Below are positions 1 to 13,271 of a stretch of 64,000 nt of DNA, one piece after another; the first letter of the stretch is position 1; each line of letters starts with the position of its first letter. The position numbers were made by a program, and so were the translations under genes. The stretch lies in the NCBI GenBank assembly GCA_964247055.1, contig OZ176055.1, positions 1,426,001-1,490,000 of the forward strand, written 5' to 3'. The DNA is from Paragordius varius (lineage: Eukaryota; Animalia; Nematomorpha). The notes under the pieces are model-generated. The model saw only the letters and a list, made by a program, of their open reading frames with translations, did no database searches and was not told the DNA's origin.

Positions 1-59
1 GGAATCATGATTGCCATATGCTCTCATTAATTTTTGGAATTGCTTCAAAACAAATCATT

Positions 60-715
60 CTATGGTGGCGCATTTTTCAGGGTGTGAAGGGCCTAATTAA
101 CGGCTAATTTTGAAAAACCGCCCAACCTAAATTTTTGCCTTCTTACGAGTAATATTTTACTATTGAACTAATATGGCCTGATATGTTTTCTGAAATTTAG
201 CCCCAAAGGCAAGCTATTTCGATATGACGGGGCAGTTTTTAGCGGGTATCTCCTTACCCAGCAGCCAATATAATATATACGCGCGACTAAATATTTTTCC
301 TTTGGGGAAAACCTGGAATCATTGAATACTTTACGGTCTTATATTCTGGGCGAAAAATAGATTAAAAAAATTATTTTTGTGGACTTGTTTTTTTAAAAAA
401 AGCATTAAGAAGGAAGCGGGTAAAAAGAAACCCTAAATTTAAAAAGCTAGCCGACTATCGGCGCAATCAAAAAAAGCAAAAAATCATATTTGAAATCGAA
501 TGGTCCACTCGGTTTTCCGGAATATTGTCTCAAAGACACGATTTTTGTAGACTTCTGTTTTCTAAATAACCCGTTTTTACACGAGGTGGGCCCGAAATGG
601 GATCCTAATTCATAAAAAGGCGAAGCTATTGTCGGGGCATTCAATAATGATTATATTTTTTTGATATTTGGATTGAATGGGTCTACCGGTTTTCCGGAGG
701 CAGATCACAAAGCCA
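60..715 (+). repeat. Dispersed ~700-bp repeat, copy 1 (may begin before the window)
   Basis: Collinear similarity to 59400-60045. Shared blocks include TTACCCAGCAGCCAATAT, CAAAGACACGATTTTTGT and AAAAGGCGAAGCTATTGTCGGGGCATTCA. Confidence 0.85.
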
Positions 716-2720
716 CCACTTTCTATTTTTATAAATTATAGATTAGATTTGCCATTAATATATTTTTTGTTTAATTTAGTTGCAACAAATATTTTACATT
801 TAACCATGATTAACTGCATTTATGAGCGCTTAGATCGGTTATAAACCCTGCCGAACCCTATCTGAATTTAATATCATTTTTCCTATATTGATTAAAATTT
901 TGGGTCCTTTTTCCCTATATTATGAGAAAAATATTAAAGTGTTGTTTTGTGCATTTATCGGCTTTAAATAATGACCCGTAAATTCTATGCTCCTTCTACT
1001 CCAACAATTCTATTTGAGTTCCTTCCAAAATATTTTTGAGGCCCGTGAGAAATGTTAAAAACAACATTTTAAAACTAAGATAACATTTTTTTAACAAATT
1101 TTCTGAATACGCTTTACTAATTTTGAGATTTAACTAGAAAAATTAAAATAAATACCAGTTTTTACAAACTTATGTTTAAAATCTAATAAAATATTTTTTC
1201 ATATATTTGAGAATGCGGGTTGAAATGCGGCCCTCAAATCTATTTGTTTTGGAAACCTTTGGTTTAAACGATTGTAATTGGGGGTAATGGGCCAAGCGTA
1301 TGAGAGACCATAAATTTGTACTATTAAAATTTATATTAATATTTAAATTTTTCATTATTACAAATTAAATTTGATATAAAGTAATTTGTAAAGTTATATA
1401 CTGTCAGAACTTTGCTCAGAAATTTAAAGATGTTCAAGGGTAACACACAAATGTTTCAAATTTGCCAAATTTCAAAAAGACTAAGTCTGTAGTTAGTCTA
1501 TTGAATTCATATATATGTTTTTAATCTAAAACATAAGAAATGTGAGTTATAAAGCAATTTCATTAAAAAGATAATTAATAAATTTTAATAAAATTATATT
1601 TACAGGTCATTTCATTTCTACCTGCAACAACTATTTTTTATATCAAAATATTTTCAAAGGTAAGCCTAAATATCAAATCTATTATCATTTGGAAAGGAAA
1701 TCTTAATACCTATCAGACTTTTATAGGGTCACTTCACACGATTATTAATTGTATTGAAAATTGAAAAATTATCAGTTTCCAGTTTATACAAAGAACTTTA
1801 TTCTTTAACCTTTCAAAAGAGTTAGATATAAAAAAAACTTTTTGATTGATAAATGGTGCCATTCCGTATCAGGAGAGAACTTTTTTTTCAAAAAAAGTTG
1901 TACTTAAAAAAAGACTTTAAAATAAAATTATCCATTTTTAATTCTAGTAGCACAATGATGACACATTGTGTCACTCTACCTTCTTTTATTGTGTTGTGGT
2001 TTTTCATTAATATAATTATTTAATTATTCTGCTTTCTTGAATCCAGCTATAAATTATATGGTGCCTAAAGGTAGATATACGTATAAAGGGACTTTCATTA
2101 TATTGCTAATACATTTAAGTATTAAAGTAGTACCAAGAAGAGACATCTCCGCACATCTTTTTTTATCCTCTATAATATTATAATGATAAATGCCACAGTA
2201 CCTATTACTTTTAAATGGCTTAGCTTAGATGTTGAAAATCGCATAAATTCTGGCTTTAACATACTATTATCCATTTTTACTAGCGTAGAGAGTAGAAATA
2301 TAAATACGTAATAATGTTTTAATGACACAATAGTTACCTGGTTCTACATGGTATTTACTTTTTTTTGATTGATATCTTTATTTCATTTTTTTGAAAGGTA
2401 AATTTATTATATAGGATAAAAAATAAAGGTCCATACAGAGAGAGAAAGAAAGATGAGGACGGAATTTAATCTTATCTATTATATTATGGTAATTCCATTT
2501 TATACAACATCTTATCAATCATAAACTTTATATAATTTTATCATCCATCCCTTTGTGTTAGCATAAGTCGTCACTATAAATAGGACGCTCTCATAGAAGT
2601 TTACTCATTTATGTAATTTGTTAGTAGAAAAAAACTTCTCAAGATTTAATTTAAACTTTTATCCTTACATATATACATATAATATTCATCGTTTATTGCT
2701 TTTTGATCAAAAAATCCAAC

Positions 2721-4603
2721 ATGCAATTTTTATTACCGATATCTGTACTAATTTTGGTTTACATCAAATTCTATAATGCCAAAAATATTGAATACTATGG
2801 AAAACATTTAGGTATTTAATGATAACATTTTTTATACTTATACGGGTTTTCTATTCTAATCGTTGGTTGGAAAAATATAATTTTTTTTTTAAATTATTCA
2901 CATAATAGCTGAACCAAGTTACCGAGATGCGGACCCTTTGATTTTCCGAAGCCATCGCCGTTCCAATGTTAAAGGAACAAGTAAAAAAATTTAGTTTCAA
3001 ACTAACTTTTTTAAAATTTATATATAAAGGATAAAAATTTATTTTACATCTAATAATTCTTAGTTGCTGATTGTTTGGCCGGTAAGCTCAGGTGCAATTT
3101 CAAGGTTCTCAAAGTCAACAGCAAAAAATACAAATCTAAAAAAAGTAGCGGATATTTCGATGATGATGAAGATACAACCACAGTTCCCCCATCCACAACC
3201 ACTACAGCCGAGCCATCTACCACAGATAAGGTAATAAATTATCAAGATTTTGTTCCACATTTCATGAAATTAAAACAAATTATTTTCAACTAAAATGTTG
3301 CACAAACAAATCTCTTTTTTAGAAAGAATTCTTCATCTACAAGGAGAAATTGGAAAAGGACACAGCCAAAGCCACTGGAAATGGGACAGACGCTAAAATG
3401 ATGTCAGCCGATGTGGAAAGTGATGACTTAGAGCTCAAAGAATGGGTCCTCAGCAAACACAAAGAGGGCGGGAAAGTCATAATCAAGAAAATTAGCAAGG
3501 AAGACTTTGAAAAAGATAAGAAGCGACGAAAACGCCGAAGCAAAAAGAACAAGCGAAAAAGCCGAAAGAGTCGCCGAAAGCACAGACGCAGCAAAGATAA
3601 TGATGATGACACTACCACAGCTGGATACACTGGAACAGGTGGGGATCCATAACCTATAAATTTAAATTTTGCTTTTACATTTCTTTTAAATATCTTGCAA
3701 AAATGGGCAAAAAATAATAATTCCCCTTGTAAATTCAAAACAAAATGCAATAATTTTGTCAATTATCCTATATATAGGTACCACTACAACCCCAATCTCC
3801 ACATCTGCCACAACGACTGAAAACAGTGACTGCGCCTACTGGGACGTCAAATCAGGCGATTGTCGCCGGAGATATAAGAAATCTTCGAGATATTTGAAAC
3901 CCAAAATCATCCGTAAACGCGTATTGCTCAACATAAAAAAGAGTTGTTATGGTGGTAAAAAGGGTTGTTACGAAGCCCCTCTAATCCGTAGTTTCGGAAG
4001 CAAAAATTATGATACCTTTTCTTCCGGCAGTGCAAACGCCATTTTCCGTGACGAAAAGTATGCCTATAGTCCAATAAACAATCAAATTAACTCATTGTTA
4101 CCCCAGTCATTCCATCAACCACAACAGCAACAGCAACAGGTAATACATCGACTTAGATTTCAACACCCTAAGTTTTGATAAAACAATCGACATAAACTGT
4201 TTAAAATTATATTTATACTTCAATTGAATAGTTGGTGCCAGCTAATGCGATGGTTTTGATGCCAGCAAACTCACAACCAACCATGATTGCCCAACAACCT
4301 CAGCAACCTCAACAACAGAGTCAACAAAATCAAATGGCTCAACCCCAATCGCTGAGTGCTAATGCTCAAGGATCCGCACCAAATACCAACAATAATGTTC
4401 AATCCTCTAATACAGGAACTGGGAGCCAGCCGGCACCTCGACTCCTATATTTCAACAGTGGTTCAAGCTCTGGAAGGAATGATGTTAGACCAGCCGTTTC
4501 TGCTCAAAGATCTGATAACCCTTCAGCCGCTTCGTCTGATTTAATGCCCGACCATATGCCACAATCGGACATTCAAATTGAAGGGGCCGAAGAATTGTCA
4601 TAA
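2721..4603 (+). CDS. Orphan secreted low-complexity protein, ~459 aa: signal peptide, Thr-rich, Lys/Arg-rich and Gln-rich blocks
   Basis: Exons 2721-2811, 2909-2980, 3064-3230, 3323-3638, 3778-4139, 4232-4603. All introns are GT-AG with matching phases; total 1380 nt. The N-terminus MQFLLPISVLILVYIKFYNA resembles a signal peptide. No family recognised. Confidence 0.8.
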
Positions 4604-6140
4604 ATAAATTGTTTCATATTAATATATAGCCATCACACACTGCGCATGTAATATGCACCACAAAACATTTATTATAATATAATCTCATACTTTTTTTATT
4701 GTTTTTAGCATATAATACATATTAGTTGATTGTGATGGGTCCCATAAGCATAATATTCATTTTATTTTATATATAGAATACTCCTCACTATACATGATAA
4801 TTTTATGCAAACAATGCAATCACTCACCAAAATATATAATATATTTATTTATGCGACAATTAAATTAGACAGTAGTTTAGATATACACAATTATAACGTT
4901 AAGATTTAACAATAAATGCAAATAAATGAAAATATCCATCATTTACCATTTTATTTTGTGTGCTTAGAGAGTAGTTCCTTGTAAAATAATACAAGTCAAC
5001 AAAATTTAATTACCTTATTACAGTCCAAAACAAATTAAGAAATTTTTACAGGCGCTTTGAAGGGTGTTATAAATTACATCCTTATAATGTGAATGAGCTC
5101 CTGAAAGTCGACTCAAATTTCGGCTTATACGCTGAATAAGCCGATACTATTTTCCTCCCATTTTTAAAATATTAAGGTTTTAATCCGCAAAAAGGTAGCT
5201 AAAATTTTCCGTTTCCAATCTTGAGCCAAATATATAAGATATTCACAGAAGCCGGTTCATCTACAGTACCGGTTTAAATCTTTTATATGGCTCAATATTG
5301 GGCAACTTGTGGTAAAATATCCAGTTTTTCATAAAATGTAATAGTTAAAGGATAGCTGTGAGTATTTTATACTATATTGCACAAAATTGGGAGAGATGAG
5401 TAATTTCGTAAAATATATCTAGAAAAATGTATCAAGATCATCATTATGGTGCTTTTGGTTTTGGACTAACGAGTGATTTAAAAACTTATTCCAACTTTTG
5501 AAGGTAATACGTCCATTTCGAAAGGCGAAATTCGCTCACATTATATAAAATAAAATTTTTGGTAAAGTAAATGTTTCATTCCAAAAATTATTATTAATAA
5601 ACTTTCTATAAAAAACAATACGATAATTAAAAAAATGTAAGACGTGGGCCATAAAAATCCCATATTTTTAGATCTCTAAAATGGGCTAGTTTTCTGAAAA
5701 TTAATGAATTAATGCCTAGATTGTCTATGATAATTTTTAAATGCTCAATTATGACAATAAAAAAGATTTTATTGCTTCAAAATTAAATTTTGGCAAAATA
5801 CCATAAAGTGTGTCATAACATTTCTATCACCCTAAAAATTAAAAGGTTACTTTGCTTTAAAATTGTAAAAAACAAGATTATTTGAATTTAAGGGACGAAC
5901 AAATTTTTAGCTCAATATTTTGAGATGGTAAAAATGATGGAATTTTTTTTAACAGAAAATTTGCGCTTCAAAACAATAAAATATATTATATTAAAAAACT
6001 CGCATAAAACAACAATTATATTAGAGTATATCAACCTTATAAAGCCTATTTTTCGTTAGTATGCTTGAAATTTTGGCACCAGCAGGCCATTTATCTAATG
6101 ACAGCGCCAAGCCTACGCCACTCTTATCGCCTTCAATATA

Positions 6141-6368
6141 TATATAACTTTAATACTTAAAATTCATCCTTGAACAATTCAAATTCACCCATTATGCTTT
6201 TTTTAAAATTACGATTTTGTATATAATTAATAAACTGAAAAAATAATAAAGTATGCCATAATAATACATTTTATATTAATGATGAGTTTTATTATCCTAA
6301 AAACACATATTTATTTTTAGGGTGAATTTGAATTGTTCGAGGGTGAATAGGTGTTGGTAAATGGTATA
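6141..6368. mobile_element. MITE family A, copy 1 (21-bp modular TIRs)
   Basis: GAACAATTCAAATTCACCC units at the left end, inverted units GGGTGAATTTGAATTGTTC at the right end, terminus AAATGGTATA. The internal ATTAATGATGAGT core is shared with other copies. Confidence 0.8.
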
Positions 6369-7043
6369 TGTACAATTGTTGAATATAAATATTTGCTGAA
6401 AAAAACTATCACAAAATATTAAAATATAAGATTATAAACATTTACTCAAATAATTTTTTAATTTATAATTTGTCCACAGGCTATTTTAAAATTATTATAC
6501 CATAGCCACTCTGGCTAAAGAAAACTGTTGGCGTCAGTGCTTGAAAATAATTTTCCGGAAAATAAAACTATATAAATAAATAATAACTATATTTATAACA
6601 CAGTTTACAAATCGGTGTTTAAACATGATATTTTGACAGAAAATATATGGTGATTGCCATGGTGCTTTTGGTGTTGGGCCTTACGAGATTGGTAAAAAAG
6701 TTATTACCAACTTTTGTATTTGGTCCATATCAAAAAATGGCACATATAGTACAATGATTGTAAGCAAAATGAGGATGGAATTATTATATATATATACCAA
6801 ATTTTTTTTATAAAAATAATCCCAGGAGTTAGTAAAGCTGCTTAAATAAATGTGTATAGAACTGGTTTTAGTTATGGAAAACATTAACCGGAGATACATT
6901 TATTATACCAATAAGTGCTATAAAATAAACTTTAATATATCAATATTCAAATAAATATTTGAGTGTGCTTCATACATATAAAAGCTGATTGTATATCACA
7001 TGTCGAATGTTTAACTATTAATGTATAAAATAAATAATTTTTT

Positions 7044-9563
7044 CTATTTATTGCTGTTTGAGGATTGCATCTTTTCATACATTCTTTCTATCTAAAAAGA
7101 TTAGACAAAAATTTTAGTAAACGCAAAATATACAGTAAAAATTGAAATTATACGGACAAAAAGTAAAAATATAAAAACTAATATTTTTTAAAAGACAATC
7201 ATAAAACCTTAGTTTTTCTCATATATGCCAATTAGTTAAAATGTAAAATATAGAATTGATTGTGTTAGTAATATATATCTCTATTTCGCACTTTGCCATT
7301 TAAAACAATAAGTTATGTTGAAATAAATTAATATTAAAAAAGTATGGCTGTATTTTAAAATAAAATTTTATTTTTACATTTTTACGTTTTCTCCGTATAA
7401 TTTTAGTTTTTACTCTATATTTATCATATCTAATGTATAAAAATGATTATAATACATATTTTCGATTGTGATACCTATATACTGCAGTATATGGCTTCTT
7501 CAAATCATATAATATATGAAGAAAATATGATTTATCAAAACAAAACCAAAGTTATTAAATTTAAAAGCAAAGATATGCTCACACCTTATCTAGGAGTCTT
7601 TCATGTAACTCCATCAAACGTAAGTGATCACCATAGGATAAAAACCCTAAACAATATTGTGTTCTTATAGAATTATATATTTTGAAGGGTATTTCTATAA
7701 TTTGGTAGATAAAATTGGCGGCCCAATATAAAATGTCTGTTAGGAATGTCGATGAGTATATGTCGTTAACATTTTGTGGTTTGGAACTAAAGTAAAAATA
7801 TAAAAAGATGATTGTGAAAAAAACCTTTAGAGATAATAATTTAATATATATAAATATAATATTCTAGGTGTTTTAAACAACCTATTGATGGTTGATTATC
7901 GAAAACCTGTTAAATTTTTTAAATTTGTCAAAAATTTGGAAACTTATGGATGCACATTATTTAATTACAATAATGATGTCTTAGAAAACAAATAAATTAT
8001 AAATTTTATCATTTAACAAGTAGAGTCAAACAATATATGTTGTTACAAAAAAATAAAGGGCAAATTGAATTAAGTTGTATAATAAAAAACTAACTTAAGA
8101 ATTTGGCATGTATGAGGTTACATTATAAATTTTATATATAACCAAATAATTATATAGATTAATGCATGCCTATCTGAAAACCCAATATCTAAAAATATTA
8201 TATGTGGTTCCTAAAAATTCTGTGAAAATTGGCTTAAGACAATTCTTTAATTATATCGAAATCTTATATATATAAAATATATTACAATAATGTAGTTTGG
8301 TGTATGATAGGTTGTTTTGGGAAATAGGTAGATTCCTTTTTTAAGAAAGATTGATTGATGATTTTGCTCTCATTCAAAACACCAATTATATTTTCCAAAT
8401 ATGCCACACGTTTGTGTAAAGATAGTATGTAACAACTAAAAAACAATGTTAGTTTTAAAAAATATCTTATTGTTTTATAAAATATCTAAAAACGATTATT
8501 TTAAAATATTAAGATGGTTGTATATAATTTATAATAAATCAATTTATAATAATTGCTAGAATAAAAATTTTTAAATATAATCACGAAAAATTAAATGGAC
8601 GTTTCTATAATAAATAATTATTTTCTCTTTTATTAGACAAAAATAAATTAAAACCGAGAGCACATAAAAATTTAAATTACGTGGTAAAACTATTACAACC
8701 TACCATATAATAAGGAAGAAAAATATTTTTAGGGTAAATGCTCCAACTACTCCACATATATTTTTAGTTCTCAGTCTGTCCACACTCGTGGACACAAAAG
8801 TCACAATTTTCGGATATAACCATATTTTATCATTTGCCCCTTTCCGTAATTTGTTGGTATTATTTGGGATTTCATATGGATCGCCATGATGATCATTGAA
8901 ATTAACGTTAGGGGCTCCTCTATAATGCAAAAAGGAAAAAAATGTTGATCAAAATTAACTTTAATATAAATCTTCTGGTTTATAATTTAATCATTTTCAT
9001 TATTTTATAACACCAAAAAAATCAATAAAAATTGATAAATTTCGATTATATGCTATATAATTTTACTAATTAATGGCCATAAACTAAACAAAATTTATAC
9101 CTGTATATTCCTTTGAAAAGATAAAATTTATTTGTTCTAAGAAATGATTTTTCCAGAAAGAAAGAGAGAATATGATATCTAGCGTAACATGCGATAAATA
9201 CATCGAGATCTTACAGCCAAAACATTAACTGTCAAAACCAAAATAATTACTACTCCTTTGACGATATATATAATTGCTAATTTGTCATCCAGTCAAATCT
9301 AGGGTCGGGTTACATCTAATTATAAATCAATTAAATCCGTGACCATTTATATATATAGTAAATTATTTTTAACTATGCTTATAATATATATAAAATAAAT
9401 TTCCTATGTAAAAATATTATGAGATGTCAACATCTAGGCAAAATCATGGAATTTAGGATTTATATTTAATTCGTTAAAATATTTTTCCTTTTTGATAGGG
9501 TCTGGTGTTATAACAATAGATCAGGACTGTCCAACACAAATGTCTTTGCGGGCCGCATTCAGG

Positions 9564-9594
<31 letters not shown>

Positions 9595-12500
9595 TATATG
9601 GCCATTAGTAAATATTTATTAAATTCCAAACAGAAACTGCAAAAACCACTGATTATTTTAACAATATTCGGTAGTTAATTGCCAAAATTCGAGACTAGTT
9701 TGAGATAATCAAAGTTCCTTAGGTTTCGTAAAATACTGTTTTTTTAATTTTATGCTGCATAAATATATTAAAAGGGTCTCATTGGACAACCCTGGTAAAG
9801 AATTTAAGAGTAACCCCCGTTTATTTAATATAGACGGTCAAAAACCAAATTCATCCCATACATTTAGTACTTTATATATAAGCGACACTAATACAAATAC
9901 CTTCGATAATCAAGTGACAACGATTTCTGATGATGTTCGCTTATGATATTTTCATCACTTCGTTGAATGTTTAAGTCATCTTTGACCAAAGGTTGTTTGG
10001 ATTTTACAGATTTTCGTAATTCACCATGTGATTGTTTATAATAGAGTGGTGTATTTCTATCCTGATTATTAGTTTGCGTAAAAGGCAAATTTTTGGTTTC
10101 CGACATATTTTGTTGTTCCAACACACAATGGGAAATGGATCTAGCTCTCATCTCATGTACAATTTTTTCGCCTATTTTAATGGCAATTTAAACAAGAGTT
10201 AATTTGCATTTTATTATTAAGGAGTATTTTTTAATTAAAAATTTGTTAATCATGTTTTTTTGGAACTGATGTGTATAGATAAAATTTAATAAAATTGATT
10301 TAACGTTTCATTAAACAAAACTTATTTTGTTGAAAAACGTATTATATATAAATACCATTGCTTTCTTTTGAAATTACAAACAAACAACATAAGAAAAACC
10401 GTAATCCATTTTTAAAGGGTCCAATATCATAAAATCTTTAAAAAAAATAGTGATATCTTAATAAAACCCACCGTGTTAATTAATAAAAAAATGTTTTAAA
10501 AATTATCCATAAAAATTACCCAAGAAATTAAAGTAATCTTGCAGACCGGATTGACAATTCTTTTCGATAATACCTGTTATAAGAAAAAATAAAAAAATAC
10601 AAAAACTTTATATTTTTAAATACATATCCACTTCTAAAACGACAGTTAATTTGTTTTTTAAACATGGCACACATATAAATTATTGCGCAATCAAATTAAA
10701 AACTTTACTTAATTAAGCATATTTACAATTTAAACATCTTTTACAGTAAAATTTTGTATTCATCAAATAAAAACTAATTTAACTTTTAAAGAAAAAATAG
10801 GAAAATAAAAATCATATACTTTTCACAAGGGAAAAAACGCTCTTTTTATATCCTATGAGACAATGGACACGTAATCTACACCCCAACGATCTAACGTTTG
10901 ATTTAGCTATTTTTTTTGACTCATTACTAGTTAATACAAAAATGAAATTAAAAAATATAAAAAAAATAAAAGACAACAAATATTTTTTTACTAAAAGACA
11001 ACCAACCTAATTTTTAATTTATTTAGTACAACTAGTTTACGGGCGTTACAAAATATTTTCACGCATTGAAATATATATATTTCAAATTTGTGATTACACA
11101 GTTTATATTGGAAAAATAATAAGGTTTAAACAAAAAGTGTGGTTGTTTCTTAAACAAAAAAAGATTTGTCTTTAATAGATAAAAAAATTCAAATCCTTAC
11201 GTTATATTCTTATTATTTGATTGAGTTGTCGTGTTTTTGCCTTCCCCAATATTATCATTGTTTTGGACCATGGCAGTTATACAATATCGACAAATGACAT
11301 AATATGCATCACTGTATGGTACACCCGAATTGGTTACTTCACATTCAACCACATATCTATGTGTTTTTTTGACAAAAAAGTAAATCTTTTTTTTGATGAT
11401 GTTCCAATACTTTTTGAAAAAAACCAGTAAACCTACCTACTACCCTTTAATGATTATGATTGTGGGAAAATACAAGGGTGTCATATTATCAGGTACCCTT
11501 ACCCCTTTTCAAAAAATAAAGGTTTTTGTTTGAATAAATAAATTATGATTAAGTTTAATTAAGTGAATCCTGGCCTGGAAATATTTGGAAAATGATAAAA
11601 ATTTAAACTCTCACTTGAAGATTCTCCATAATACCCACAATAAATAAAGGTGTGGACCGAGTCCTTTTAATTTTGTAGTACGATTATAACTAAAAAATTA
11701 GTACCTTATTTATAAATGATTATTAGCATGATCTAATAAGTGTATAGGCAGGCGCTGTTTATGTAAAAAAGGTCATTAAGGTGGTTTACTGTATTTTTAA
11801 TACCGACCTTGCAGTATTTCAAACAATATGTAATAATATCATATAAAATAGTTTGAAATACCAAAAAAAGAAATCAAAATAAATATAATGAATGAAAATA
11901 CCTTCGCGATATGCGATAATGGTGCCGTCGGGTGGATCTTCGTTTTGCTTCGTTACCAATCAAAAGTGTCTAAACGATTTAATTTATAAATTGATAGTAA
12001 AATCACTTTTCAAAACACTGATAATAATAACTGTTTCGTTGCCAACAAATTATTATATCAATTCAGTCAACATTCATTTTTAGGCAGATGCAATCGCAAA
12101 AATCGAGTTTCATTATTTAAAAAAGACGGTAAAACGGTTTAATAAAAATTAAAATCAGTGTTTTTAACAGTTCTTCGCTTCTCAAAAAAACAGAAAATGC
12201 CCCTTCAAAAAAATATAAATTCTATGGCTTAGGAAAACACCATAATAGCGATCGATTTAAGAAATAATCATAAAATAAATTATTATAATTAATATCATCC
12301 TACCTACCTGTTTTTCAGTTGTAGGGGCAGATTTATTTCCTATAGGACTAGATATTTGTACCACGTAAGATAAGACTCGTTTTTTACGTTTGGCAAGATA
12401 TGATGCGGATGAAGTTATATAATTTAGTTTTCCTTTATTAATGCCGCTGCTAATTTTATGTGGATGATGTAAACCTCCTTTATTCCCTAAACTAGCATTG

Positions 12501-13222
12501 TTTTGTCCAAGTGATTCGGTACTTCGTTGCCATTCAGACATAACTAAATCTATAAGTGCAAGCAAATTGATAAAAAACATATTTAAATTTTAAGTATAAT
12601 TTATCTAAACTTGAAGTAAGTTTGTTACTGACCGTATGAATGGTTAAACTGCGTGTCTGCACTTATATACCATTTACAGTTCGAATTCACCCTCGAACAA
12701 TTCAAATTCACCTTTGTACAATTCGAATTCACCCTTGAACAATTCAAATTCACCCTCGAACAATTCAAATACACCTTAAAAATTTTTTCGAACTAATATA
12801 ACTAATTATTAATATGAAATATATGTTTATGGTAGAGTTTATTATTTTTTCAGTATTATTTTAAGTTAAAACATATTTTTTTTAAAAATATATAAAATAT
12901 AGATAATTTTTAATCTTAGAAAACTTATATTTTATTTAAGGGTGAATTTGAATTGTTTAAGGGTGTTGAATTATTTAAGGGTGAAATTGAATTTTAAATG
13001 GTATATATCCAGTCAAAAACTTTTAACATAGATTCAGATTTATAATGAATGGCATAAAACTGTTTAACACTATTATGAAAAACAAAAGATATTTTTATAA
13101 AAAAAAACAAACTAATTGAGTGGGTAACGACGACGGTTTGTAATGTCAACGATAATAGTCGTAAAATAAGGTAAATATAAAATATATGTTATTGGTTCTC
13201 AAATTTTCGCCATAGGAATCAG

Positions 13223-13271
<49 letters not shown>

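Noticed and set aside
1606-1659. 54-nt segment flanked by TACAG and GTAAG (possible exon)
   Set aside because: No partner coding exons or recognisable peptide. It could be a 5'UTR exon of the 2721 gene but cannot be supported without transcripts.
3337-3762. 141-aa minus-strand ORF (also 3060-3260)
   Set aside because: Antisense shadow of the low-complexity exons of the orphan secreted gene.
6681-6899. 72-aa minus ORF as possible GRAMD1 C-terminus
   Set aside because: A phase-compatible terminal exon at 7091-7044 (IERMYEKMQSSNSNK*) fits better; this ORF is probably 3'UTR.
12667-13003. Regularly spaced 21-bp repeats resembling a CRISPR array
   Set aside because: Units are head-to-tail without unique spacers, are inverted at the other end, lie in a eukaryotic intron, and no cas genes are present.
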